Origin: Eledone cirrhosa
Lineage: Eukaryota
NCBI GenBank assembly: GCA_964016885.1
Contig: OZ024743.1
Location: 336,598,001-336,662,000, forward strand
DNA: 64,000 nt
Direction: 5' to 3'
Shown piece after piece: positions 14,633 through 28,235 of the stretch (the stretch's first letter is position 1; the number at the start of each line of letters is the position of its first letter). The notes beneath the pieces are model-generated. The model saw only the letters and a program-made list of their open reading frames with translations, searched no databases and was not told the origin of the DNA. Made by a program: the position numbers and the translations under genes.

Positions 14633-15726
14633 CTAGAGGCAAAATTACATTCCAAACTGCAGGAAACATTCAGTCATGACTTCGCCACCTACATTAATCA
14701 CAACTGGCAACGCTACCTAGACGACTGCAAAGATTCCATACCATCATAAACAAGAAGAAATAAAATGTACCATGTAATGTAATAAAAAGGGACTACCCTT
14801 TCTGGATATCCTTATCATTAAAGAAGGGGAAAATATCAAAACAGACTTATTTTACAAACCAACAAACACACACCAATACTTGAATTTCCGATCAGCACAC
14901 CCCTCACATACCAAAAGGAACCTTCCCTTTAACATGGAAAGACGCATCTGCACCATAATAACACTCCCCACACTACAGGAAAAAAGATTATATCAATTAA
15001 AAGAGTTCCTCAAAAGACAAGAATATCCGGTGAACCTCATCAACACAGCCATCTCCAAAGGCCAGAACATCCCAGTGACAACACTGAGAAAAACAAAGCA
15101 ACAAAATAAAATGGAAAAAACAGTTATCCCTTTTGTCATCACTCACAATCCAAGGAACTTCAACATTTTGAAAGCCGCCAAACAATATCTCCCGATTCTC
15201 CAGCACTCCCCTACAATGAATGCACTCATAAAAGACGCACAAATTATATATAATAGACGCCAAGCACCCAACCTAAAGAAACTGCTTACCAACACAAAAT
15301 TTACGTCTAATAATGAAGCAATGCAAGTTAAGAAATGCGGGGACCCTCGATGCGGAACTTGCGAACACATTGAAGAGGGTGAGCAAATCTCTTTTAAAAA
15401 CAACCAGTTTTTCACTGTTAATGCAAACATGAATTGCAAAACCAAAACCTTAATTTAGTGTGCAAACTGTCGACAATGTAAAGAATACTACATTGGTGAA
15501 ACCGGAACGGGTCAACATGACAGAGTTCGAGTACATAAAAGACAAATTAGAGACCCCTCTGTCAGAAACACCACATGCAGTGAACACTTTGCAACATGAG
15601 GAAAGGGAAAATTCACAAGTTTCCCCTTCTTTAAGATATGGTCGGACAACGAATATTTCCGAAAATATAAAAATATAAAGAAGAATTCTTTATTAGAAAG
15701 TACAAACCACTACTGAACACAAAAAA

Positions 15727-15730
<4 letters not shown>
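14630..15730 (+). mobile_element. PLE (Neptune-like) RT thumb + GIY-YIG fragment in (TA)n
   Basis: WQRYLDD, LPFLDI, TDLFYKPT, HPSHTKRNLPF, CGDPRCGTC, YYIGETG with frameshifts. Confidence 0.88.
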
Positions 15731-15772
<42 letters not shown>

Positions 15773-15872
15773 ATATAAAACCAACTAAGCAGTGAGTGTG
15801 TTCTGTTATTATTTCTGGCAATATAATTACAACAATATGACCCTCCCCAAGTATAACAATATATATATATAT

Positions 15873-17432
15873 ATGAAAACAGGGAGAAAAAGATGATTAT
15901 TAGGAAGAAAAATATTTGTTTTCCTTTTTATTTTTCTCTCTCTTTTTTCTGGGTTAGAAAATGATTAAAACGAAATATTTTACTTTGTGTGAAGTGTTAA
16001 GGTATTAGTTGATTTATTTATTAATTAACATTGGCATTTACTTATTTATTTATATATTTAATAATTGCTACATACGACTAGAAGAATAAAAAATCGCACT
16101 TATCAGCAGAAACTACCCACCATCCCTAATCAACAATGGATTCCAACGTGCCCTAAAACACGACATCCAGGAACTCAAACACTCCAAACCCAGGAATGAA
16201 CCGCAACAGAGAACTCTACCATACATCTCCACACACAACCCCTCAACAATGAGGCATTCGACACCATCCTCCAGAACATTCCTTTACTAAAAAGAGACCC
16301 AAGAATGAACAAAATCCTCCAAACACACAATATCATAAAGAGCAAAGGACAACCGAAATCCATAAAAAACATCCTCACACAAGCCAAAATCCAACAAACC
16401 CTCACAATGAACCCTACAGTAACAAAATGCGGAAGGCCCAACTGTGGCATATGCATAAATCTAATAGAAGGTTCAACATTCTATTTTAAACAAGGACAGT
16501 TGAACACAACTTTACATGTGCATCTGAAAACCTAATCTATGTTTTGACCTGCTCAGGTTGTCAAGTGCACTACCTAGGACAGACAAAAAAACAGCCTCCG
16601 ACAACGTATGACCGTCCATAAATCACAAATCAAAATACAGGAATACAGAAAGATTGCGTTTAGTGAACACATCGCCAATTTCCCCATTTACAAATTCATA
16701 GACAACGCTACTTTCATCCATCGTACCAATAAGGGAACGTATTTCATTAACAAATTCCAACCTGTAATTAATGCACTAAACTTCGGACTAAACTAAAACT
16801 AAAGAGTTACCTCCCTCACACCCTACCTAATCCTTTTTCTTAAATAAATTAAATACCATCTACCATTTCTCTCCCACCCTGAATTACCTCCCCCTGCATA
16901 TTAACTCTCTAAAAAGGGAAATCATATCAAACCCCAGACTACCATTTGCCTCCATCATGGATCAACTAAGCACTCTTGCTATATTAACACATTTTGATCT
17001 GCTTATCTTCAAGAACTATGCCTGTAAATAGCATTATTTTTTCTTTCACATTGCCTTATTATGTTCCACATTACGCTCCTTTTTTTTCTTTTTTCTTTTC
17101 ACTTCATAAACCTTGTTTGTAAATAACATTATTATTTCTGCACCATTCCTTTAACATGTCCAACACCACCATTCTACATCAATACATATTATTATCATTT
17201 GATATGCATAAAAATGCTGAAACCTGTAATAGACAATTATTAAATATATAAATAAATAAGTAAATGCCATTGTTAATTTATAAATAAATCAACTAATACC
17301 TTAACACTTCATACAAAGTAAAATATTTCGTTTTAATCATTTTCTAACCCAGAAAAAAAAAGAGAGAAAAATAAAAAGGAAAAAAAAATATTTTTCTTCC
17401 TAATAATCATCTTTTTCTCCCTGTTTTCATAT
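15873..17432 (+). mobile_element. PLE (Neptune-like) 3' fragment with inverted 5' pseudo-LTR
   Basis: CGRPNCGIC, LIYVLTC..YLGQT; 15873-16065 is the reverse complement of 17235-17432; solo copy at 2452-2620. Confidence 0.85.
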
Positions 17433-17478
17433 ATATATATATATATCCTAACTCGTGTGCTTCCTCTCCACATTTTAT

Positions 17479-17525
<47 letters not shown>

Positions 17526-17660
17526 GTGAGGTTTTTTTTACAAAATGAAAAATAACCGAGGTGTCCTACACGAGTGAAAGTATAAAGAAAAAGAGATGAA
17601 ATCGAAAATGCAACTGGAGTCTTATTTTTATTTTAAATATATATATTTAAAAAAAAATAA

Positions 17661-17726
<66 letters not shown>

Positions 17727-17872
17727 AATAGGATTTCGCTTCAAGCATAGCTTTATACAATATGTATAAATATTTCGTATCTCCAAAGATATCCAGTTTT
17801 AGTAAGCCGTAGCTATGCAAACACCGGGGGTCTAACGCCCTCTGGTGATGTCCAGCAGAAGCAAGGGGGGCA

Positions 17873-17916
17873 ACCGTCTATGCATTTCAGGCTTAACTGG
17901 CCTTCGTCAGGACGGT
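17873..17916 (-). ncRNA. Minimal type I hammerhead, intact canonical core
   Basis: ACCGTC-CTGACGA-AGGC/CAGTTAA/GCCT-GAAA-TGCA-TA-GACGGT; palindromic ATGCAT stem III. Confidence 0.9.
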
Positions 17917-17959
17917 GCCTCCCACCGCTTGCGACTGCTGGAATGACCAGAGCATGGAA

Positions 17960-20335
17960 AGATTAAGAAAAAAACATTAGAACATTCTTAAAAAAACTAG
18001 GCCTAGATATTACCTACGAACTGAATTCTAAAAAGGCAAACTTTCTAGACGTAACTCTAAACCTAAGCACGGGATTAATAGAAGCCTTCCACAAAAATAA
18101 TGAGAATCTAGCCTACATTAGTTATAACTCAAACCACCCCCGATCCATAATTAGATTCATAGCACGTAGTATATCCCTTAGAATATCCTGCTTATCCTCA
18201 AACCAAGAAATGTTTAAAGAACATGCTAACTATTATAACGCAGCATTACATAGGGCTGGACATAAAGAAAAGCTGCAGTTTATAACGGATAAGGACAACA
18301 CAAATAAAGCCATTAACACCGACACCAACCGCTCATACAAAAATAAAGGTAACCGGACTAGACATAGAACTAGGCAAATAGCACCTAGAGTAGGAGGACC
18401 GAACACGAATAATGTAAACTCCAGAAACTATAGAAGAACTAGAGAAAGAAAATACCTATGATTTAATACAATCTTCAACTCCTAAACTGCCTTCTACTAA
18501 ACTGCATTCTACGTTCTTTAAACTAATAGATAAGCACTTCCCTATATCGCATAGATATCATAAAATCTTCAATAGAAAAACTATAAAACTCTCATACTCT
18601 ACTGCTGCAAACATTGAATCGCACATACGCAAGATCAACCACAAGAATACCTCTAGTAAATATATCCCACCCATACGCAACATAGCACCAAACACAAAAC
18701 ACAAACGCATTACCGTATCACAACCGCAAACGCACATGGACAGCAAAACTTCAATAGGTATGAATCACAACCCACATATAATAGCTTGCAAAACCGCAAT
18801 GTGAAAGCTGTACAGAGTAATACCCCGAACTGCAACTGTCACCTACCTGATAAGTGCCCATTAGCGAATAGGTGCCTCGATTCGAGCCTAGTGTACATGT
18901 GTACTGTAAACTCGGGCAACTCCACTTGGCACTACATTGGATCCACTACGGGTGTTTTTAAAAAAAGATGGTATGTGCACAGACATTCAATGAAGAACCG
19001 TGCACTGGTAAATTCTACAACTCTCGCCAATAAAATCTGGCAACCTAAGGACAAAAACCTTGATTATAATATTAGCTGGTTGAAATTGGCGGCCGCAAAG
19101 ACATATAGCAGCGGTATGTCCTACTGCTGGCTCTGTAACCTTGAATTGCTGCATATCTTAAGGAACGATAAAATGCTACTCAACAGCAAAATAGAAAGGT
19201 CAATTTTCTGCAGACATAGGATTGCTACAAAATTCGCCAGATTTAAACCACCGTGATTCGAACCAATATCACTTAGCTTTTAACAAATGAAATCAGCCTT
19301 CTCACACAGCCCACTACGGAACTATAATCTTCTATAAATACCTTATAGCTTCCCTAATTCTATTCTACTGGAATGTGTCAATAATGTCTACAACTATCTT
19401 ATCAGCCCATAAATCAATCCCATCTTCGCTGTTATTCACTCCTTCGGACTAAACAATTATCAGCACTCATGATCTCTAACAGATGAACCTAATTCTAAGT
19501 ACATTATCTTATTACTCTTACACTCCTTGAAATCTTACTTTCCTCTTATTATTATTATTCTTATTATTATTATTGTGAACATCTCAATGTATCCCTAATA
19601 TTATTCATTACGTTCTCTATATCTATCATGCACATTTTACTATTTTATTACCTTTATTGCTTCTATTATTGTTGTTATTACTGTCTTACTTATACACGAT
19701 TTGTTATTGATGCTGTGAAAACTAAACCCATACGATTCGAACTAACAATCCCTACCTTTAGTATAGGCCACTTAAATAACGAATCTACAACTCCACTTAA
19801 CACCACATAAAAACTATCATCCTCACTAAATTAATAAAACGAAAATGTTTATCTGTCAAACAATAAGTAAATCTCCGGTTTATTGCCAGAATACCTACAG
19901 TATAGTGGATACTTCATAAATTATGTCTCCAAGTACATTTTAGTGGTTACTGTTATCTCTCGCCACCCCAACACTATATTTAATGTACCCTATAGCAGTT
20001 TTCACATGTCAATTCCATACATCTGTATCATATCAGTTTGTTTAATATGCTAGATTCTTCATTATACTCTATCTCTTACTTATATTGATGTTATTATTTT
20101 AACTATTTGCTATCTAGTTATTTTATTTTATTATTGATATTATTGTTCTGGTTTAATACCAGACCTATATAAAAATCATGCCTTGTGTATCTTCTTCATT
20201 TCGCCTGCTCTGATGAAAACGACTGGTTATAAACAAAGTATTGGAGATCGATTGGCGCATAATCAGGCGGATGGCGAACTCTATACCTACCAGATCAAAG
20301 AAACAATTGTCAGCAATGTGAATAAAGCCCTTATT
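17960..20335 (+). mobile_element. PLE of the CxCx5C-endonuclease type (Hydra-like), 5'-truncated
   Basis: NFLDVTLNL, SNHP, CNCHLPDKCPLANRC, LVYMC..YIGST..FKKRWYVH, CWLCNLE; long AT-rich 3' UTR ending in a hammerhead. Confidence 0.85.
20206..20315 (+). ncRNA. Hammerhead motif with about 80-nt stem II insert
   Basis: TGCT-CTGATGA..GACTGGT/ACCAGATC..GAAAC-AATT-GTC-AGCA; base of stem II mismatched. Confidence 0.7.
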
Positions 20336-20369
20336 GTATAGTGAACCATGTCACTCTTCTTTCTTATAT

Positions 20370-20785
20370 ATATATATATCATGCTTCCTTTATTTTTCTT
20401 TACCCCTGTCTGCTCCTTTTACTTTCCTTACACTTTCCATCTTTTGTCGTTATTCTTCTTTTCTTTTTTATATATTTCTTTTACTCATTCATTCTTTTAT
20501 TTATTTATGTATGCATTTATATATGTATTTATTTATTTTTTTCTTGTTTTTCCTCCTATGTACACCCTCTCTCATATCTCTAATTTGCTCTACGTCCTTT
20601 TTTTCTTTAAGTTTATCATATTATTTGTTGTATATAAATATTGAGATTTGATCAAATAAATCACTGCCAATACTGGAATTATATAATCAAGACCGTAGCG
20701 GTATGTCATATATCAAATAATATATTTTATCTGATGAAGACGTACTGAAAGAAACAACAACACAGTACCTTTGAAATATCTATTT
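20370..20785 (+). repeat. pLTR-like repeat, direct copy at 26440-26860; ends in a degenerate hammerhead-like motif
   Basis: Long colinear match; CTGATGA..GTACT/AGTAC..GAAA at 20731-20776 and 26803-26845. Confidence 0.75.
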
Positions 20786-21189
20786 ATTAATTTCAAGAAC
20801 GTCAGTATTCCGTGTGTCATAATTCTCGATTATCATTGGTTCATATGTTTCAAACGACTCCGCCCACCTCAACGACGCCAAACTGAAATGAATATGCATA
20901 ATGCCAATGAGGGAGTGAGAGGGGAGAGTGTGAATGCTGTGTTCAATAACTATTAATATGTGTGCGTGTGTATGTACGTGCGCGTGTGTTTATGTGTGTG
21001 TGTACGTGCGTGCGGCGTTCCACAGAAAGTAAAAACTATCAACATGTGTGAGTGTGCGTGTGTGTAAGTTTGCGCGAGTGTGCGCGTTTCCAGGCGTGTA
21101 TGTGTGTGGCCTTCCACAATCGCCACGCAGTTTATCTGTCTGTCAGTCTAACATACACAGAATTGTGAAGGGAGTAAATTGTGAAGGGA

Positions 21190-22969
21190 GTAAACAGAAG
21201 AAGATAGCCCCAAACCTCTCCAGGACACAACAACTCGCCCTGAAGAACCTACGGAATAGGGAACTTATATACTTACCATCCGACAAAGGTAAAGAGTTTT
21301 GCGTCATCTCTCAAGCCACATACAACAACCTAGCCTTTGAACACCTAAGCAATGAACTATATACAGAGATCCCGGACATGACCGTAGCCCAGATCGAAAA
21401 ACAGACCAACTCCATCTGGTTCGACATCTGTAGAAGACAAGTCCCAAATAAAGTTAAGCTCAACTACAGCACTAGAAATAGCAGACTGCCCACCTTCTAC
21501 CACCTCATCAAGACCCACAAGAATAGTACTAAGACACAAATAAGACCCATAGTCTCTAGCATAGAAGGATCCCTATACAAAATCTCATGGCTCCTCTCCC
21601 AGGTCCTCAAGCCTCTACTCTCCACCTTTCCCGGGCATGTCAGTAGCTCCGACGAAGTCATACGTAGACTACACCAACTCCAGCCAGAACAACTTAAACT
21701 AAATAGATACGCCTTTAGCCCCAACGTTGTCTCCCTCTACACTACAGTCCCCGTTCATCCAGCTGTCGATTTATTGACGGACTGCGTGGTCACAGAGGAC
21801 ATCCACTGCTACGGCCTCTTTCCGACGGACATACACCAGCTTTTGTCCTTCACAGTGGACAACACGCACTTCACCTTCCACCACCACACATACAGACAGA
21901 CGACAGGATTATCCATGGGGTCCAGCCTATCGGGCCTGCTGGCCATCACCTATATGAACCAGCTAGAATGCCGAGCCCTCAACACCTGCCATTGCCTTCT
22001 TCACCCGATATGTAGATGATATACTCATCCTTACATCATCTCGTGAGGAGGCGGATAAAATATACACAACATTCTCCAGCATGGACGCCAGTATAAAGTT
22101 CAGCATGGAATACCCCGATGACCGCGAATCCCTATCCCTACTGGACTTCCAACTCAGAGTAACATAGGAAGGCAACATCCACACCTGCTTCTATGAAAAA
22201 AAAGCCGCCAGCAGGGACTTGTTCGTACATTTCAGATCGGCCCTCCCAGCCGGCGCTAAGTTCGGATACATAAGGAACGAACTAACACGTATCCGGAACA
22301 AATGCACCGATACTAGAGACCGATACACACACCACAAATTTCCTGGAAGTACTCAAACTGAACGGATACACGACATCCACCACAAACCGTGCCAGAAAGA
22401 ACAGAGGACACCACACCCGAGGCACTACCACTTGCTTCCTGAAGCTCCCACACTTCAGTGACGAAACACCAACAGCCACCCGCAGAGCTATCAGACGACA
22501 GGGGCTAGATATCCAACTGGCACACTCAGGACCTTCTCTACGCGGACAGCTAACCAAAAGACACCCCAACAGACATGACAACCGCTGCAGGCTAGCCAAC
22601 TGCCCCATCAACGACACTGACCTATGCCATCAGGCTTACGTCGTATACAGACAAATGCAGCAACTTCTACGTAGGTAGCACCACCAGACCACTCCACATA
22701 AGAATAAAAGAACACCTCAATACTAACGCTTCCTCATTTAAGAAACACCTAGTGAAATGCAAAAACACCGACAAAACCATAACAGTTAGGATAGAAACTA
22801 AGGAAAGAAACCTCGACAATCTTAGAATTAAGGAAGCACTAATTATAAATAAAACACAACCACCAATCAATAATAGACTAGAACTCAACACCCAAATTAT
22901 AACTTAATAGAGCATCTAGCCCCATACTTACACACACACACACGCACGCACACGCACACACGCACACGC

Positions 22970-23019
<50 letters not shown>

Positions 23020-23480
23020 CCACTTATTCTCTCTCACACACACACATACACACACAAAGACCAGTTCTAACACGAGAGAACATCTATCCCCCACATTTAC
23101 GTATAGACATATCTTCTCACACTCACACACACACACACATACTTACACATTCACGCATTCTCCCACACACTTAAACAGACATGTACAAAAAAAACCTTTT
23201 AAAGGGAGACTACTCTTTATCCACCTAACCTTAACTCTTTGACATTAACGATAGAACAGATACTCTATACCATTTCCTGTCAGCATAACTTGGCAATCTA
23301 TTTAGAACACTGGTTTAACCGCTTTACTTCCCTCCGAAGAAGAGATATTATCTCGAAAATTAAGGACATTTAAATAAATCTAAGGTAAAAGACTAATTGT
23401 CAACAATATCTTTTGCATTTGCATTTTTATTCTATGTCCATACCTGCATTGTTTGGCTTTACAAATTCAAACGTTTATAC
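21190..23480 (+). mobile_element. PLE (Penelope/Poseidon-like) RT + GIY-YIG, several frameshifts
   Basis: PSDKG, LIKTHK, IRPIVS, VVSLYTTVP, QTTGLSMGSSLSGLLA, RYVDD, FYVGSTTRPLHIRIKEH; inverted 3' copy at 44495-45105. Confidence 0.9.
23331..23365 (+). ncRNA. Minimal hammerhead, C4 core variant
   Basis: CCT-CCGAAGA-A-GAGAT/ATT/ATCTC-GAAA-AT-TA-AGG; identical minus-strand copy at 44603-44637. Confidence 0.7.
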
Positions 23481-25560
23481 GAAATTATAAATATATTAAG
23501 GAATATTAAATTTAAAAAAAAAAACATATAGAGGCCAGGAATACTTCTAAAGGAAAAAATTAAGGACATGCAAAAAATAAATAAATATTAGTGAAATCAG
23601 ACAAAACGAACAACCTATATGGGTTTGAAAAATAAAATATAATGACTTAATTCTAAAAGAATTGAGGAAAAATTATAAAAAAGGCCTCAAGTGAGGATTT
23701 ATTGGATATTAATAATGATGCATTTGAAATTATCACCAATCTTGGAATAGAGCGGAAAACCGAACCCTTCATACCTAAGAAACCGCGGATAAATTTTAAA
23801 GACCATAAAAGTAATTTCGAGGAGGACCTGCCAGTTAGACTTATAGCACCTTCAAAATCAGATCTTGAAATAATTAGTAAAAATATGATAGATAGGATTT
23901 TACCAACTCTTAAATTGAGGTCATGGCTAAACCTATGGAAAGGCACTAATGAAGTCATAGATTGCTTCTATAATATCAAAAATAAAAATAATTATAAGTT
24001 CATTCAAATAGACATAACGAGTTATTAGTCCTCGATAACTCCTAATCTTTTAAATAAGGCGCTATCATATGCATATAAACATACGGACTTATCTAGTGGT
24101 GAGATAAATATTATATTAACAGCAAGGCGAACTTTGATTGATTTTAATAATGATCTTTGGACTAGATCAGATAGACAGAAGAATTTTGACATTACTATGG
24201 GTTCGTCTGATTCGGCGCAAGTTACGGATCTTGTGGGAATTTTTATCCTTAACATCATAAATAGAAAACTGCCGGAAATTACCGGAGGTTTATATAGAGA
24301 CGAGATACTATTTATTGTAGAAAAACATAATAATAGTGAATTAAATAGAGTAAAGAAAGTAATTATAGAATTTTTTTAAATTACGACCTGAAATTAGAAG
24401 TAGAAAATAATAACAAAATAGTTAATTTTTTAGACGTGACTCTTAATTTGAACTCAGGCCTTTATTATCCTTTCCATAAACTCAATGAGAATTTAAATTA
24501 TGTTAGCTTTTATTCTAATCATCCTAAAAGTGTTAAGAATGCAGTAGCAACAGTGTACAACAACGAATATCCAAGCTATCTGCTAACAGATCCATATTTA
24601 ATAGTAAGGCTGTATATTATAATAAAGCGTTACATAAAGCGTTACATAAAGCTGGATAATAATATTGAGTATATAGAAAAAATACTGAAAATAATATTAA
24701 TTATAATCACACTAATCATAATAAAAATGAATATAAAGACAACAACTTGAGGAATAAATCGGGGAAAAATCAAGAACTAGATCTATAATTTGGTATGCTC
24801 CGCCAGCATCTTTAGCTATTAAAATACCGGTAGCACACTTATTTTTTAAAGCCCTGGATAAATGCTTCCCTAGGTCACATAAATATTACTCTATTTTCAA
24901 TAGACACACAGTTAAACTTTCTTATTCAACAACTATGAATATTGCTCAAAATGTAGCAAAAATAAATAGTAAAAATCTTAATTTGAGCCAACATATAATT
25001 AGCAATAATAACAATACATTAAAGAGAATAACAATAATAGTTTAAATATGAATAATAGTAGAACACCTGTAAACAATAATGTGAATAGTTTAAGGTCTGG
25101 AAATAACATTGAGAAGAAATGTAATTGTAGAATGAAGACCGAATGTCCTTTACAAAATAATTGCCTTGACAAGAATATAGTATATAAATGTACCATTAAG
25201 ACAAATAATAATATATATATATATAACTATATTGGTGCCACTTCATCTAAATTTAAGGAACGTTGGTGTAATCACAGACAGTCTTTTACTAAACCAGATA
25301 AGAAATTTTCAACTTCACTTTCACAATTAATATGGTCTTTAAAGGACAATAATATTAAATACGCCATCTTTTGGACCAAGTTAAAGAAAAACCAATTCCT
25401 ATCAGAACGCAACTATTTCGCAAAATTGCAATCTTTGTAACTTCGAGACTCTATAGATAATTTCAACAAAAAAAAAAAAACGAATTATTCAGTCACTATA
25501 AAATTGGTAAAACTTTCCACGCATTGTACAAGTGTCGAAAAAATATTGTCAATTAATAAT
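23480..25560 (+). mobile_element. Hydra-like PLE, near complete but decayed ORF
   Basis: FKDHKSNF..VRLIAPSKSDL, FIQIDITSY, FDITMGSSDSAQVTDLVG, GLYRDE, NFLDVTL, CNCRMKTECPLQNNC, YIGAT..FKERWCNH. Confidence 0.88.
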
Positions 25561-26904
25561 TTAATATATATATGCTTTTGCCTTATTGTGGTAATAAGTT
25601 ATTTATATGTATTAGAATTATTTCATTAAGAGTCTCGTTATCCTATGTTTTGATTAGGATAGCTCAATATTTAACTAGACATCTTTTATGATATTTGCAA
25701 TAGATTATTTATGGTTTTCAAAATATCGCGGAATGTGTGAGTAGAGATATGTTATAAATGTTTATATGGTGAATGAGTTATCTTCCTTTTGTTTACATCG
25801 TCCGTAAAAATGTCCTTTCTTTTTGACTAGCTTGTTGAATTATATTAGTTTTGAAATATGTAGACTAATAATATACAGACTATCATTAAAATGAAACTAT
25901 ATATCAAAATAAGTAAATACAGAAGTAAATATAACCTTTCATTAAATTAATGAAATTAAACTTTTGAGAGTAAATGTAACTGCAGTTTAATCCTAGAAAT
26001 TAAATGAAAACTAAAGAATAGTAAAGATTTTATAAAGAGAATATCATAATTAAATAATTTGAGTAATATAGAATCTAAATATATTATATGTATTGATGGT
26101 GATTTATGTATGGTATTAGATTTTAATGCATATGTAATAATTATTTAAATACACTTTAAAAATAAAATCTTTTAAAGTTGTAACTAAATATTTATAGAAT
26201 ATCTTACCTTAAAATTAAAAATAATAATTTATAATGAGTTAAATTAAATTATATACATTTTAAATTAAATGATATATGTCATTGCTATAGAAAATAATCT
26301 ATACTGATTAATTTTGATATAATATATAAGTATAATTAGCTAATGCATAATCAAATACTAATTGTTTAGTTGAATTGATTGGATGTCCTATTTCATCTTG
26401 CATTTGAAAACAACGGTTTTTTGTCTATCCTCCTCTATTTGATGCTTCCTTTATTTTTCTTTATTTTTCTCCCCCCCCCCCGCTGTTCCTTTTACTTTCC
26501 TTACACTTTCCATCTTTTGTCGTTATTCCTCTTTTCTTTTTTATATATTTCTTTTACTCATTCATTCTTTTATCTATTTATGTATGTATTTATATATGTA
26601 TTTATTTATTTTTTCTTGCCTTTCATCCTATTTACACCCTCTCTCATATCTCTAATTTGCTCTACGTCCTTTTCTTCTTTAAGTTTATCATATTATTTGT
26701 GGTATATAAACATTGAGATTTGATGAAATAAATCACTGCCAATACTGGAATTGTATAATCAAGACCGTAGCGGTATGTCATATATCAAATCATATATTTT
26801 ATCTGATGAAAACGTACTAAAAAAAAAAACACAGTACCTTTGAAATATATATAATAAAGCATATATTTTAATTATGTGAATATCTTTCATTTGTTAATAT
26901 TTTG

Positions 26905-26964
<60 letters not shown>

Positions 26965-26968
<4 letters not shown>

Positions 26969-27735
26969 AGAGTCAGGACACCGACGGCTGAGCTCCGACC
27001 GTTTCGACAGCTAGATCCGAACTAAACCTGCAGTGTTAGGACGGTAGGGACCTAGCAGAACTTATCAAGGGACACAGTCCATAAATGGCCATGCAATCAA
27101 AACACAGTAGAAGTATCATATCGAAAATTCCTAAAAGTCATTATTTTTCCCTTCCGTCACGGGGTGTGATCAATAATTTGGGGATGTCATATACTTAGTT
27201 AAATTCCTTCATAGTGGCGAGGGTGGGGTGGCTGAACTTGCCTGTAGAACAAAAGGGAGGGAGTAAGATGACATTCTGACCTGTGGATGCCAAGCCGGTC
27301 ATGCGTTAAGGGAGATTTCTTTACAGCTATCTCTAAAGGGGGCAAAAACATATGAGAAACAAGGAATGTTGTAGAGTGAAAATGAATATGTCAGTTCTAA
27401 CAATTGGCTAAAGAGCAAATATATATGACATCCTAAAATCATTGACCACTCCCCGTGACAGAAAGGAAAAATAATAATTTTTAGGATTTTTCGATATGAT
27501 ACTTCTACTGTGATTTGATTGCATGTCCATATATGGACTGTACCCTTTGATAATTTCAGGTGGGTCCCTACCGTCCTAATACTACTACTGGTTTAGTTCG
27601 GATCTAGCTGTCGAAACCGCCGGAGCTCAGTCGTCGGTATCCTGACTCTTTCCTATTAACTACTCTACTACCCTAAGTATCGAGTACTCTGGTGCGTTAT
27701 GGTCCACCTTGTTCCTTACCACACTTTCTTTGTTT
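26965..27735. repeat. Inverted pLTR pair (26965-27193 and 27421-27653) carrying U3-A8 hammerhead-like motifs
   Basis: Diverged reverse-complement arms; minus 27071-26994 reads CCC-TTGATAA-G..GCTAGGTCC/GGATCTAGC..C-GAAAC-G-GTC-GGA. Confidence 0.75.
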
Positions 27736-27736
27736 A

Positions 27737-27783
<47 letters not shown>

Positions 27784-27828
27784 AGAATTGTAAGCCAACA
27801 GGTTAAAATTAACTTCCTTTATTCATAT

Positions 27829-27889
27829 TCGCTGTTATATATTTCGATGATAACCATTATACAACAGCCATTCCATCATCAGACGGCGA
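27829..27889 (-). ncRNA. Type I hammerhead motif, canonical core
   Basis: TCGCCGT-CTGATGA-T-G..TGGCTGTT/GTAT/AATGGTTA..C-GAAA-TATA-TA-ACAGCGA. Confidence 0.75.
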
Positions 27890-28134
27890 GAATTTGATCA
27901 GAAAACCAATAAAATAACGATGGTATAAATTTTACTTTTGTTATTTCAATTTGTTTATATGTTCAGTGTCGAAATTTGGCGTTGTTTTCTCAAAGTACTA
28001 GTCGCATATGAATATATGTATATATATATATATTCATACATGGAACAAAAGCGCTACTCATGTTTTCAAGGCCCAATTTTGACCACACCTTCAGAATATA
28101 AGTGGGATCAAAATTACAACCTATCTTCAGGCGC

Positions 28135-28235
28135 TTATATTTCTGCTCCCATCAGATTGACCATTGTTTTTCTTTTTTTCCTTTTCACATCTTCGGATAT
28201 ACACCCCAGGTGCCGCGTTGCTGCCGTGTACTTAG
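28135..28235 (-). CDS. Candidate host-gene exon (phase 1 to stop)
   Basis: Acceptor TTACTTTCAG; KYTAATRHLGCISEDVKRKKRKTMVNLMGAEI*; phase fits exon 33399-33482. Confidence 0.3.

Noticed and set aside
17197-17232. Possible fourth U3-A8 hammerhead (TTGATAT-GCAT/ATGC-T-GAAAC-CT-GTA)
   Set aside because: The position in a pLTR fits, but A9 and stem I are damaged; needs a family consensus.
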